In this document: in pieces, positions 37,716 to 47,719 of the stretch
How the letters are laid out: each line of letters starts with the position of its first letter
Numbering within the stretch: the stretch's first letter is position 1
Position numbers and translations under genes: made by a program
The notes under the pieces: model-generated
The model's input: the letters and a program-made list of their open reading frames with translations, nothing else
The model's database searches: none
Told to the model about the DNA's origin: nothing
NCBI GenBank assembly: GCA_034006605.1
Contig: JAVESM010000008.1
Coordinates: 34,081 to 98,080, forward strand
DNA from: Pseudomonas sp.
GTDB taxonomy: Bacteria > Pseudomonadota > Gammaproteobacteria > Pseudomonadales > Pseudomonadaceae
Length of the DNA: 64,000 nucleotides
Reading direction: 5' to 3'

Positions 37716-38636
37716 ATGACTCTTACTGAATTACGCTACATCGTAGCTTTAGCACAAACCCAACATTTTGGTCGCGCCGCAGAACGCTGCCATATTAGCC
37801 AGCCCACGCTTTCGGTTGGGGTGAAAAAGCTCGAAGAAGATTTAGGTGTGTTGATCTTTGAGCGCAGTAAAAGTGCAGTGCGCGTCACACCGGTTGGCGC
37901 AGCCATTGTTGCGCAGGCCCAGCGTGTATTGGAGCAAGCGCAGACCATCCGTGAATTGGCGCAAGCAGGTAAGAACCAACTGACCGCGCCGTTGCGCGTC
38001 GGTGCGATTTATACAGTGGGGCCTTATTTATTCCCTCAACTGATTCCTTTGTTGCACCGTAGCGCACCCGAAATGCCCCTGTATATTGAAGAGAACTTCA
38101 CTCACGTTCTACGTGACAAGCTGCGCAATGGCGAGCTTGATGTCATCATTATCGCGCTGCCTTACCAAGATGCTGATGTACTCACCAAACCTGTTTATGT
38201 CGAACCTTTTTGTGTGTTACTGCCTGCGGAACACCCTTGGACAGAAAAAGACAGTATCGACAGCACGCTCCTCAACGATACGAGTTTGCTGCTTTTAGGT
38301 GAAGGTCACTGTTTCCGTGATCAAGTCTTAGAAGCCTGCCCAACAACAATGCCAAGCAACTCTGAAAACCGCTATACCACAGTAGAAGCCAGCTCCTTAG
38401 AAACCATTCGCCATATGGTCGCCTCCGGCCTAGGCGTATCGGTGCTGCCATTATCTGCAGTAGAGAATCATCGCTATGCCGAAGGGGTGATTGCTGTGCG
38501 TCCATTTACTGCGCCAGCACCCACGCGTACCGTTGCGATTGCTTGGCGCGCAACGTTTCCACGCCCAAAAGCCATTGATGTATTGATAGAAGCCATTCGC
38601 CAGTGCGATGCTGCGCACGTCAAACACGAGCAGTAA
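37716..38636 (+). CDS. oxyR: hydrogen-peroxide-sensing LysR-type regulator OxyR
   Basis: HTH MTLTELRYIVALAQTQHFGRAAERCHISQPTLS. Redox cysteine pair in LLLGEGHCFRDQVLEACP (equivalents of C199 and C208). Directly upstream of recG, as in Pseudomonas. Confidence 0.88.
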   Translation: MTLTELRYIVALAQTQHFGRAAERCHISQPTLSVGVKKLEEDLGVLIFERSKSAVRVTPVGAAIVAQAQRVLEQAQTIRELAQAGKNQLTAPLRVGAIYTVGPYLFPQLIPLLHRSAPEMPLYIEENFTHVLRDKLRNGELDVIIIALPYQDADVLTKPVYVEPFCVLLPAEHPWTEKDSIDSTLLNDTSLLLLGEGHCFRDQVLEACPTTMPSNSENRYTTVEASSLETIRHMVASGLGVSVLPLSAVENHRYAEGVIAVRPFTAPAPTRTVAIAWRATFPRPKAIDVLIEAIRQCDAAHVKHEQ

Positions 38637-38638
38637 TC

Positions 38639-40717
38639 ATGACAGATTTACTGGTGCATACCCCGATTACCGTACTCAAAGGTGTCGGCCCAGCGGTTGC
38701 AGAAAAACTGGCTAAAGTCGGCTTAGAAAATCTGCAGGATGTGTTGTTCCATCTACCCTCACGCTATCAAGATCGCACTCGCATCACCCCAATTGGCGCG
38801 CTACGCCCCGGCCAAGATGCAGTCGTAGCCGGTGTAGTCATGGCGGCGAATATTATTATGGGTAAACGACGCAGCTTGCTGGTGCGTATTCAAGATGGCA
38901 GCGGCGGTCTGACTCTACGCTTTTTCCATTTCAGTATGGCGCAAAAAAACGCACTGGAAAAAGGCGTGCAAGTCCGCTGCTATGGTGAAGTTCGCCCTGG
39001 CGCAACAGGTTTGGAAATTTATCATCCTGAGTACCGCGTGCATAACCCCGCTGATGCGCAAATACTGCAATCGACCCTAACTGCAATTTACCCCACCACC
39101 GAAGGCCTGACTCAGCAACGTTTACGCGATCTTTGCGTGCAAGCACTGGGCTTTTTAAATGCACGTAGTTTGCCGGATTGGCTCCCGTCAGAGATGATCA
39201 GCGAATACCAACTCGGCGCACTTGATCAAGCCATTCGCTACCTGCATCAACCACCACCTGATGCTGATTTAGACGAACTGGCGCAAGGTGTGCACTGGGC
39301 GCAGCAACGTTTAGCGTTTGAAGAAATGCTCACCCATCAACTATCAATTCAGCGAGTACGTGAAAGCCTGCGCCAGCAACGCGCTCCACCACTGCCGCTA
39401 GCAACGAAACTGCCACCGCTGTTTTTGCAGAATCTGGGTTTTACCCCAACCGGGGCGCAGAAACGGGTTGGCGCTGAAATAGCCTGGGATCTCAGCCAAA
39501 ACGCACCGATGCTGCGACTGGTACAAGGTGATGTGGGTGCAGGTAAAACTGTAGTTGCCGCCTTAGCCGCTCTGCAAGCTCTGGAAGCCGGTTATCAAGT
39601 AGCTTTGATGGCGCCCACTGAGATTCTCGCTGAGCAACATTTTATTAACTTCAGCAAGTGGCTTGCACCACTGAATATTGAAGTCGCTTGGTTAGCAGGC
39701 AAATTAAAAGGTAAGGCCCGCGCCAGCTCTTTAGCACAGATTGCGTCTGGTGTACCGATGGTCGTCGGCACCCACGCCCTGTTTCAAGAGGAGGTGCAGT
39801 TCCATAATCTGGCTTTAGCCATCATTGATGAGCAGCACCGTTTTGGTGTGCAACAGCGCTTAGCTTTACGTAAAAAAGGCGTGGATGGCGTGTACAGTCC
39901 GCATCAATTGATTATGACCGCCACCCCTATTCCACGTACTTTAGCGATGAGTGCTTACGCTGATCTGGACACCTCTGTGCTGGATGAGCTGCCGCCTGGG
40001 CGTACACCTGTGAACACCCTGGTGCTGAGTGATACACGTCGTCCTGAAGTGATTGAACGGGTACGCGCCGCTTGCCTAGACGGTCGCCAAGCCTACTGGG
40101 TGTGCACGCTGATTGAAGAATCAGAAGAGCTGACCTGCCAAGCGGCACAAAGCACCTTTGAAGATTTAACCTTGGCGCTGGCGGGGCAAAAAATCGGGCT
40201 GATTCATGGCCGGATGAAAGCGACGGAAAAAGCGGACGTCATGGATACCTTTAAGCGCGGCCAACTGCAATTATTAGTGGCGACCACGGTGATTGAAGTC
40301 GGCGTCGATGTGCCCAACGCCAGCTTAATGATCATTGAAAACCCAGAACGCTTAGGTTTGGCACAGCTGCACCAATTGCGTGGACGCGTCGGCCGTGGCA
40401 GCACTGCCAGCCATTGCGTGCTCCTCTACCATGCGCCACTGTCGCAAATAAGCCGTGAACGCTTAGCGATTATGCGTGAAACCAACGATGGCTTTATTAT
40501 TGCCGAAAAAGATTTAGAACTGCGCGGTCCCGGTGAAATGCTCGGCACACGGCAAACAGGCTTACTGCAATTTAAAGTGGCCGATTTGATGCGTGACGCC
40601 CCACTGCTGCCTGCAGTTCGCGATGCCGCTTGTCAGTTACTCGAGCAATGGCCAGACCATGTCAGTCCTCTCTTAGAGCGTTGGCTCAAACAGGGCCAAC
40701 AATATGGACAAGTCTAA
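38639..40717 (+). CDS. recG: ATP-dependent DNA helicase RecG
   Basis: Wedge domain followed by an SF2 helicase: GDVGAGKT, IIDEQHRFG, TATPIPRT, QLHQLRGRVGRG. 692 aa from ATG 38639, 2 nt after the oxyR stop. Confidence 0.92.
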   Translation: MTDLLVHTPITVLKGVGPAVAEKLAKVGLENLQDVLFHLPSRYQDRTRITPIGALRPGQDAVVAGVVMAANIIMGKRRSLLVRIQDGSGGLTLRFFHFSMAQKNALEKGVQVRCYGEVRPGATGLEIYHPEYRVHNPADAQILQSTLTAIYPTTEGLTQQRLRDLCVQALGFLNARSLPDWLPSEMISEYQLGALDQAIRYLHQPPPDADLDELAQGVHWAQQRLAFEEMLTHQLSIQRVRESLRQQRAPPLPLATKLPPLFLQNLGFTPTGAQKRVGAEIAWDLSQNAPMLRLVQGDVGAGKTVVAALAALQALEAGYQVALMAPTEILAEQHFINFSKWLAPLNIEVAWLAGKLKGKARASSLAQIASGVPMVVGTHALFQEEVQFHNLALAIIDEQHRFGVQQRLALRKKGVDGVYSPHQLIMTATPIPRTLAMSAYADLDTSVLDELPPGRTPVNTLVLSDTRRPEVIERVRAACLDGRQAYWVCTLIEESEELTCQAAQSTFEDLTLALAGQKIGLIHGRMKATEKADVMDTFKRGQLQLLVATTVIEVGVDVPNASLMIIENPERLGLAQLHQLRGRVGRGSTASHCVLLYHAPLSQISRERLAIMRETNDGFIIAEKDLELRGPGEMLGTRQTGLLQFKVADLMRDAPLLPAVRDAACQLLEQWPDHVSPLLERWLKQGQQYGQV

Positions 40718-40779
40718 ACAACAAGGCCAAAAAAGCACGTTATACTGCTACCCAAACCAGAGCTATTTAGACAACTATT

Positions 40780-42180
40780 ATGCCCTACGCTGATGAAACT
40801 GCTGCTTATGAACCGCTATCAACCACCGTTACTCATGCGTTAAATTCTGCTGGGGTTGCCTTTAGTGTTCATCCAAGTCAGAGCATTGATCCTGCACAGC
40901 GAATGCATGTCATATTACTGCAACACCTTGACCAGCTAAGGCTCGCGCTTATTCCGCACACGCACATACTTGACTTAGCCCAGCTCAATACACAAACCAA
41001 CACTATGTGGCAGGCTGCAACCACAACCAGCGCCGCGCCATTGTTAAAGCAATACAACATGACAACGCTGCCAGCCATTCCGGCACTCTGTAACATGATG
41101 CCATGCTTCTACGCGCCATCATTGCTAGCACAATCCATGGCCTATCTTGAATTCGGTGTAGATGGAATGCTACTGGGTCTCACACCGAAGGCTTTAAAAA
41201 CACTCTTAACCAGCGCACAAGCGATCGACTGCAGCCATGCGGTGACATTGCAGCACCCCAACCATAGTCCTGCGAGCGATGATGCACATGGCATTCAGCA
41301 AGCTGTTATTAACCTCACTTCCCGGCGTATTCAACAACGCCTCGAACAAACCTTAGAGATTCCATTGCTCAGCAGTACGGCAAAAAAAGTACTGCGCTTG
41401 CGCACCGATCCGCTTGCCAGTATTGATGAGCTATCAGCGATCGTAGAAACCGACCCACCGCTTGCAGCTCAGGTGATGAGCTGGGCGGCCTCACCCTACT
41501 ACGCCACACCGAGTAAAATACGCTCAGTAGAAGATGCGATTATGCGGGTACTCGGCTTTGATTTAGTGATTAATTTAGCCTTGGGCTTATCGCTGGGTAA
41601 GCACTTAAAAATACCTGCAGATCAACCGCAACATTCCACACCGTATTGGCAACAAGCCATTTATATCGCCACACTGACTGAAGGTTTAGTGCGCGCGATG
41701 CCTGCTGATAAAAAGCCTGATAATGGCCTCGCTTATCTTGCCGGTTTATTACATAACTTTGGTTTTGCCTTGCTGGCCCATGTTTTTCCACCGCATTTTT
41801 CTCTGGTCTGTCGCTCACTGGAAGCTAACTTGCATTTAAGTCATAGCGTTGTTGAGTATGACCTACTGGGTATTACCCGTGAGCAAATGGGTGCATGGCT
41901 GATGCAGTGTTGGGACATACCGAGCGAGCTGATCTACGCGCTGCGTTATCAAGACAACCCAAATTATGAAGGTGAACATGCGAGCTATGCCAACCTAGTC
42001 TGCTTAGCCCAGCGCTTGTTAGCACAAGATAAAATGGGACAAAACGCCAACAACCAGATACCCAATGCTCTGTATGAGCGTTTGGGTATCAGTCAAGCCA
42101 AGGCACAGGACGTTTTACAACATATCCTCGATGCAGAGCAGGCCTTGCGCGAACTAGCAATACAATTCAATCACAGTTGA
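40780..42180 (+). CDS. HDOD-domain signalling protein with an N-terminal extension of about 190 aa (possibly YbaK/deacylase-like)
   Basis: The C-terminal 270 aa show the HDOD pattern (LPLLSSTAKKVLRL...LSAIVETDPPLAAQVM...LLHNFG). The N-terminal domain is not confidently assignable by eye. Confidence 0.68.
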   Translation: MPYADETAAYEPLSTTVTHALNSAGVAFSVHPSQSIDPAQRMHVILLQHLDQLRLALIPHTHILDLAQLNTQTNTMWQAATTTSAAPLLKQYNMTTLPAIPALCNMMPCFYAPSLLAQSMAYLEFGVDGMLLGLTPKALKTLLTSAQAIDCSHAVTLQHPNHSPASDDAHGIQQAVINLTSRRIQQRLEQTLEIPLLSSTAKKVLRLRTDPLASIDELSAIVETDPPLAAQVMSWAASPYYATPSKIRSVEDAIMRVLGFDLVINLALGLSLGKHLKIPADQPQHSTPYWQQAIYIATLTEGLVRAMPADKKPDNGLAYLAGLLHNFGFALLAHVFPPHFSLVCRSLEANLHLSHSVVEYDLLGITREQMGAWLMQCWDIPSELIYALRYQDNPNYEGEHASYANLVCLAQRLLAQDKMGQNANNQIPNALYERLGISQAKAQDVLQHILDAEQALRELAIQFNHS

Positions 42181-43052
42181 TCAAGCAGAAACGCCCGCGT
42201 CTTCTGCGCAGCGCTATCGGGAAACTCTTGCATAAAACAATGACCCCCACTGACCTGTTCAGTGTGCACATAACGGTTGCTCTGCGCCCATAAAGCTGCC
42301 GACTTAATCACAAACGGGAAAGTATCAGCGCCATACAACATCAATACAGGTGTGTGTACTTGGCGCAATGCTCGCCACAAGCCATTCGCTGCCGAACTAA
42401 AAATAGTTGCTTCCAGCTGCGGCGAGCACTTTAACTGCACCCCGCCCTCTTCCGCTGGACGTAAAGCATGATCAACAAAAGCGCTCAGTGCTTCAGCAGT
42501 CCAACCTTTAAAGACGCCACGCCCCGTTAAACTGGCATACGCCGTTTGCCGATCGGGCCAATGCCTGCGCCGCACAGCCGTCTTCTTCGCTAGAGCAGTA
42601 AACCCAGTAAAACCTAGGCGCTCAGTCGTTTTAATGAACATCTGCATACTCGGCGTGAAAACCACTGGATCCAGGAGCACTGCACGTTTAAATAGCTGCG
42701 GATGTTTCGCCATGATTAAACTGCTTAACACACCACCAAAACTGTGACCCGAGGCATACACAGGTACGTCGCCGAACAGACTGCGCTGTGCTTGAAACGC
42801 TTCCACAGCCAGCTCAGCATTGTGATTCCAACCGAAAAATCGTGATCCCGCATCGCTGTCACCATGCCCTTGGATATCACACAACCATAGATCAAAATCA
42901 GCACTTAAGTATTTAAGCATTGGCTCATACACGCGCCCGCAGAGACCATTGCCATGTAAAAAATGCAAAACAGGTTTACCGGAAGGCGCACTATGCCAGC
43001 CACGCAACGTAACCTGAGCGGAGGTGGTGTATGACCATGGAAGTAAATTCAT
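42171..43052 (-). CDS. alpha/beta-fold hydrolase
   Basis: HGNG oxyanion region, nucleophile elbow GHSFGG, C-terminal GGHCF (catalytic His). ATG 43052 has an AAGGA about 10 nt upstream. The track TTG start at 43085 abuts the upstream stop. Confidence 0.7.
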   Translation of the reverse strand: MNLLPWSYTTSAQVTLRGWHSAPSGKPVLHFLHGNGLCGRVYEPMLKYLSADFDLWLCDIQGHGDSDAGSRFFGWNHNAELAVEAFQAQRSLFGDVPVYASGHSFGGVLSSLIMAKHPQLFKRAVLLDPVVFTPSMQMFIKTTERLGFTGFTALAKKTAVRRRHWPDRQTAYASLTGRGVFKGWTAEALSAFVDHALRPAEEGGVQLKCSPQLEATIFSSAANGLWRALRQVHTPVLMLYGADTFPFVIKSAALWAQSNRYVHTEQVSGGHCFMQEFPDSAAQKTRAFLLDQL

Positions 43053-43085
43053 GCGGCAATGTTCCTTATTATTGTCTAAATTCAA

Positions 43086-44054
43086 TTACAGTGTAACGCG
43101 GCAGGCAGCAAGCTCAGCCGTTAAGCGCTGCTGGTCTTGCCCCTCCGTAAAGATTAATTCGAGACGTGAGTCTTTACGCCACTCGCTGTTTTGCCAATGA
43201 ATACTCTGCCCATCCAACGCATTGCCCGATAACCAACCCGCATTCGTGTGCAAAACACACTTGGCACGCTGCCAAGGCATTTGCATCAACCACATTTGTA
43301 CGCGCATCAACTCAAACTGCTGCGATGGATGCCAGCGCCAACCGATACTCCAGCCGTTTTCTTGAATATTGACTGAACAGATTGGTTGCTGCGGGTCACG
43401 CCAGAGTACACCGGCTACGCCACTCGGCGTTGCAAAACTGTCCAGCACAGCCTGTTGACCCGCTTGCTGCTGATAACCAGGTAGCAACGCATAGTCGAGC
43501 TGGCCTTGGCGCGTACACAGTAACGGCAAAGGCATCGCAGCGTGCTCCCAAAACCGCATCTGCTCAGACGTAATGCTGTCGCATTTATTCACCAATAATA
43601 AGCCCGTTTGCGCCAGTAATTTCGGTTCAAGCGCAGACAATGCGGCCTCATTAGAGGCTTTCTGTCCATCAAGAACTAACACAATCGGCTGTACCGCGAG
43701 CACATCCAACCAAGGCACATCACGCAACTGCTCAAGTAATTGCAACGGGTGGCCCAAGCCTGACGGCTCGATAAATAAGCGATCCGGTTTAGCTTTACGC
43801 AGTAATTGCACCAGTGCGACTTGAAACGGCACACCATTCACACAACACACACAACCACCGGCCACTTCGGTAAAACTGACACCGTCTTGATCACCATCGA
43901 GTAACGCGCTATCAAGCCCAATATCACCAAATTCATTGATCAAAACTGCCCAGCGCTCAGAGCTTGGACGTTGTGCCAATAAACTGCGTAATACGCTGGT
44001 TTTACCCGCACCCAAAGAGCCGGCAATCAGATGCGTTGGAATATGCTGCAACAT
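43086..44054 (-). CDS. COG0523/CobW-family G3E GTPase (putative metallochaperone)
   Basis: P-loop GSLGAGKTS, CxCC metal motif GGCVCCV, NKCD G4 motif, and a C-terminal CobW_C-like region. Start chosen at MLQHIPTHLIAG. Confidence 0.8.
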   Translation of the reverse strand: MLQHIPTHLIAGSLGAGKTSVLRSLLAQRPSSERWAVLINEFGDIGLDSALLDGDQDGVSFTEVAGGCVCCVNGVPFQVALVQLLRKAKPDRLFIEPSGLGHPLQLLEQLRDVPWLDVLAVQPIVLVLDGQKASNEAALSALEPKLLAQTGLLLVNKCDSITSEQMRFWEHAAMPLPLLCTRQGQLDYALLPGYQQQAGQQAVLDSFATPSGVAGVLWRDPQQPICSVNIQENGWSIGWRWHPSQQFELMRVQMWLMQMPWQRAKCVLHTNAGWLSGNALDGQSIHWQNSEWRKDSRLELIFTEGQDQQRLTAELAACRVTL

Positions 44055-44186
44055 AGCCACGGTTACTCTCATGATTTTAAAAGAAAGCGCCACCTTAGCA
44101 AAATTACATTAAGCATGCGTAACACTTCACGTCACCCAATCGCTTGGTTAATATAGATCAGCCTATTCAAAACTCTGGGATTATTC

Positions 44187-44540
44187 ATGCGCGCTTACTA
44201 TGTATTATTGTTACTGCTCTTGAGCCAACACATTTTTGCACAAGCGTGTGTAATTGAATCCGCTGATGAGAAAATAAAGGTAAAAATCTGTCAGCAGAAC
44301 CGTAATATTCCTGAACAACTGTTCAAAAGTGGTTTTTGTCAGCCGCAATTAAAAGGGCAAAAAACCACAGTGACCTTTGTTGAGCAATGTCCAATCGGGG
44401 CTTTTGGTATATGCCGTAACTCACAAAGCGCGGGCGTGCCCTACCAACAAGATATTCATTATTATGGCATTGCAACTGACGCAAAATACCTTAAACCTGC
44501 CTGTGAGCGGCAAAATAAAGGTGTGTGGACCGCTTATTAA
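44187..44540 (+). CDS. small secreted cysteine-rich hypothetical protein
   Basis: Signal peptide MRAYYVLLLLLLSQHIFAQA, then about 97 aa with 6 Cys. I recognise no family. Divergent from the COG0523 gene. Confidence 0.55.
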   Translation: MRAYYVLLLLLLSQHIFAQACVIESADEKIKVKICQQNRNIPEQLFKSGFCQPQLKGQKTTVTFVEQCPIGAFGICRNSQSAGVPYQQDIHYYGIATDAKYLKPACERQNKGVWTAY

Positions 44541-44711
44541 GCGGTCATCAGCCTTACACGAACTCAGCGCTTTGCAATAGTTAACGGCTGTTTATCCAAG
44601 AATTAGCGACAGACTCCTTCTAAGCAATTTCCCTTAAGTGCATTAATATTGATATTAAAATTCAATAATATTCATTTGTTTGCAAGCAAATGACGCTCTA
44701 GCATGGCTTTA

Positions 44712-44725
44712 TTGATTTAAGTCAA
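44712..44725. promoter_or_regulatory. Anr/FNR-type box upstream of orphan ccoN
   Basis: TTGATTTAAGTCAA compared with the consensus TTGAT-N4-ATCAA (one mismatch). About 130 nt upstream of the ccoN ATG. Confidence 0.5.
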
Positions 44726-44856
44726 CTGCCGCATGATGAGGTACACGTTTTTTATGCCTCATATCAGCAGACATCTTCAACACTTAAGGAGGATGGCGTT
44801 GCTCGTTGCTGTTCAAGTTTATTGCTCAGTGCTCGAGCACCTGCGCTAAATATATA

Positions 44857-46302
44857 ATGAACACAACGACTCAGCAGACAATCGCCTACAACTATAAAGT
44901 GGTTCGGCAATTTACCATTGCCACCTTAATTTGGGGCTGTTTAGGGATGAGCATGGGCGCCTTTATTGCCGCTCAGCTGGTCTGGCCGCAACTCAATTTC
45001 GACCTCCCGTGGACCAGCTTTGGTCGCATACGTCCAATACACACTAACCTAGTGATTTTTGCCTTTGGTGGTTGCGCGCTGATCGCAACATCTTTCTATA
45101 TTGTCCAGCGCAGCTGTTATGCACGCCTGCCCTCAGATACTGCGGCAGGCCTATTCTTTTGGAGTTGGCAAGCGATGCTGATCGCCACGGTGATTAGCTA
45201 TGCACTGGGTTACACCACCACCAAAGAATATGCTGAAATGGAATGGCCCTTTGCCGTTATCTTGACTGTGCTCTGGCTGATCTATGCATGGCTGTTTTTT
45301 GGCACCATAATCCGTCGTAAAACCTCACATATTTATGTGGCCAACTGGTTCTATGGTGCCTTCATCATCGTTACTGCAATGGTGCATATTGTTAACCATG
45401 CAGCCATTCCGGTGACTCTCCTGAAATCTTACCCTCTCTATTCAGGTGCAACCGACGCCATGGTGCAATGGTGGTTTGGCCATAGCGTCGTCGGCTTTAT
45501 TTTGTCAGTCGGCTTCCTCGGCATGATGTATTACTTTGTGCCCAAACAAGTCAATCGTCCAATTTACTCTTACCGCTTATCCATCGTGCACTTTTGGGCG
45601 ATTATCTCGGTGTATATCTGGGCCGGCCCGCATCACCTGCACTACACTGCACTGCCAGACTGGGCGCAAAGCCTAGGTATGGCAATGTCGATTATTCTCC
45701 TTGCGCCCAGCTGGGGCGGAATGATTAACGGCATGATGACCTTATCTGGCGCTTGGTATAAATTACGCAGCGATCCAATCTTGCGTTTTCTAGTCGTAGC
45801 TTTAGCGTTTTATGGCATGTCGACATTTGAAGGTCCAATGATGGCCATAAAAACCGTTAACGCTCTGTCGCATTACACTGACTGGACTATTGGTCATGTG
45901 CATGCTGGTGCCTTAGGCTGGGTAGCGATGATTAGCGTGGGCAGCCTGTATCACATGATTCCAAAGCTCTGGAACCATGCAGAGATGTACAGCACCCGCT
46001 TAATTAACACGCACTTTTGGCTGGCCACTGTCGGCACCGTGATTTATATCGCCGCGATGTGGGTCAATGGCCTTACCCAAGGCCTGATGTGGCGCGCAAT
46101 TAATGATGACGGTACCTTGTCTTACTCCTTTGTCGAAGTCTTAAAAGCATCCCATGCGGGCTATATCGCCCGCTTAATTGGCGGATCACTATTTGTTCTC
46201 GGCATGTTTTTGATGGTCTACAACACTTGGCTGACCTTGCGTAGACCTGCGCAACAATCCGCATTGTACGATGTACCGCCAGCACACCCGGTGGAGGTTT
46301 AA
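44857..46302 (+). CDS. ccoN: cbb3-type cytochrome c oxidase subunit I (CcoN), orphan copy
   Basis: [20 protein letters not shown]-terminus, 12+ TM helices, and heme/Cu ligand His contexts ([33 protein letters not shown]). No ccoO or ccoP follows. The alternative TTG start at 44806 is judged less likely. Confidence 0.88.
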   Translation: MNTTTQQTIAYNYKVVRQFTIATLIWGCLGMSMGAFIAAQLVWPQLNFDLPWTSFGRIRPIHTNLVIFAFGGCALIATSFYIVQRSCYARLPSDTAAGLFFWSWQAMLIATVISYALGYTTTKEYAEMEWPFAVILTVLWLIYAWLFFGTIIRRKTSHIYVANWFYGAFIIVTAMVHIVNHAAIPVTLLKSYPLYSGATDAMVQWWFGHSVVGFILSVGFLGMMYYFVPKQVNRPIYSYRLSIVHFWAIISVYIWAGPHHLHYTALPDWAQSLGMAMSIILLAPSWGGMINGMMTLSGAWYKLRSDPILRFLVVALAFYGMSTFEGPMMAIKTVNALSHYTDWTIGHVHAGALGWVAMISVGSLYHMIPKLWNHAEMYSTRLINTHFWLATVGTVIYIAAMWVNGLTQGLMWRAINDDGTLSYSFVEVLKASHAGYIARLIGGSLFVLGMFLMVYNTWLTLRRPAQQSALYDVPPAHPVEV

Positions 46303-46499
46303 TGATGCCTATTCTATTCAGCATTATGCTTATCGCAGCAGGTTATTGGAGTTTCAAGCACATGAGCCTATTACAAATGGAGCAGGCTTCCATGCTGCCC
46401 TTTGCTGATGATCCCGAAGCAGCTAAACGTGTTGAGCAAGAGACAGGCCGTGCCTGCTTACCGACACACTTAGCCCTGCAAGTCGCTTTGCAGGCTTAA
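46302..46499 (+). CDS. ccoQ: small single-TM protein, CcoQ/FixQ-like
   Basis: TAATG overlap with ccoN. One TM helix, then the LPFADDPEAAKR motif that I associate with FixQ/CcoQ. Confidence 0.55.
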   Translation: MMPILFSIMLIAAGYWSFKHMSLLQMEQASMLPFADDPEAAKRVEQETGRACLPTHLALQVALQA

Positions 46500-46534
46500 C
46501 CACAACACTCTAGCACCCTAATTTTAACCCACTC

Positions 46535-46565
46535 AACAACGGCAATTGATGTGCCGTTGTTTTTG
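46535..46565 (+). terminator. intrinsic terminator after ccoN-ccoQ
   Basis: 10-bp stem AACAACGGCA / TGCCGTTGTT with a 7-nt loop, followed by TTTTG. Confidence 0.65.
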
Positions 46566-46594
46566 TATACACCCTTTTATTTGGAACCTCGCTT

Positions 46595-47719
46595 GTGCGT
46601 GCTCAATGGATTAAAGCCTTTGCCCCTCTGTCATTAAACATTCCCCGCAAACAATGGTTACGTGCCGCCAGTGGTGCTTTTCTCGGTGTACTGGTCTCGA
46701 TGTTCTGCAGTCATTTAATGTTTGGTAATCAGCTTGCTTTGAGCTTAGCGGCACCGATTGGCGCATCCGCAGTTCTGCTGTTTGTCACCTCAGCAACGCC
46801 TTTAGCGCACCCATGGTCAATCTTAGCTGGGAATACTCTGTCAGCAACAGTTGGTGTGCTCTGTGCGTTGTACCTTGAAGAGCCCATGTTAAGAGCGGCG
46901 GCGGCCGTGAGCTTGGCGATTGTCAGTATGTTGGCATTGCGCTGCCTACACCCTCCCAGCTGCGCAGTTGCTTTAGTCATCACCCTCAATCCAAGCTTGC
47001 ATGCCCTGGGCCTTGAGGTGCTGATACCGGTAACCAGCCAGTCACTGGTATTGTTGTGTGTCGCTTTAGCATTTAATAATTTAACGGGCACCGCCTACCC
47101 GCGCATGGCGACTCCAGTTAAGGAGAATATCCACAACACCGCTGATCCACTACCTATCGCCCGAACCGGTTTTAACGAGGAGGACTTAGAGCAAGCGCTC
47201 AGTACGTTTGGTACCTATCTCGATATTCGCCGAGAAGACTTAGAAGATTTACTGCGCCTGACCGAACAGCACACGTTTAAACGGCGCACCGAACATCTCA
47301 CTGCAGTATCGATTATGTCGCGTGATTTACGCACCGGCCATCCAGAAATGCCGATTGAAGAAGCATGGAATCGCCTCAAAGAGCATCGTTTAAAAGCCTT
47401 ACCTATCGTCGATCAGCATCGACGCTTAGTGGGCATTATCACCTTAGTCGACCTATTAAAATATTTTGAATTGGATGCGCCTATCAGTCGTTTTCACCGC
47501 CTGCGCTATCTACGCAACAAACGTCTCAAACACATTATGACGGCACCGGTGATTAGCGTGAACTTTGCTACATCGCTGCTTGATCTGGTAACTTTGCTAA
47601 CAGACCGTGGCTTGCACTATATGCCGGTGGTTGATGAACATCGACAATTGGCTGGAATGATCACCCAAACCGATCTGATCGCAGCACTCTACCGTGGTTG
47701 TTTAGCCCAGATTAATTAA
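46595..47719 (+). CDS. HPP-family membrane protein fused to a CBS-domain pair
   Basis: Four to five TM helices containing CLHPPSCAVAL (HPP motif), followed by two CBS repeats (IMSRDL...LPIVD; IMTAPV...MPVVD). GTG start. Confidence 0.75.
   Translation: MRAQWIKAFAPLSLNIPRKQWLRAASGAFLGVLVSMFCSHLMFGNQLALSLAAPIGASAVLLFVTSATPLAHPWSILAGNTLSATVGVLCALYLEEPMLRAAAAVSLAIVSMLALRCLHPPSCAVALVITLNPSLHALGLEVLIPVTSQSLVLLCVALAFNNLTGTAYPRMATPVKENIHNTADPLPIARTGFNEEDLEQALSTFGTYLDIRREDLEDLLRLTEQHTFKRRTEHLTAVSIMSRDLRTGHPEMPIEEAWNRLKEHRLKALPIVDQHRRLVGIITLVDLLKYFELDAPISRFHRLRYLRNKRLKHIMTAPVISVNFATSLLDLVTLLTDRGLHYMPVVDEHRQLAGMITQTDLIAALYRGCLAQIN

Noticed and set aside
44055-44186. I looked for a Zur box in the divergent promoter between the COG0523 gene and the secreted-protein gene.
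   Set aside because: Candidate segments (TTACATTAAGCATGCGTAA, GGTTAATATAGATCAG) show poor dyad symmetry when compared with their reverse complements. No call can be supported without a PWM scan.
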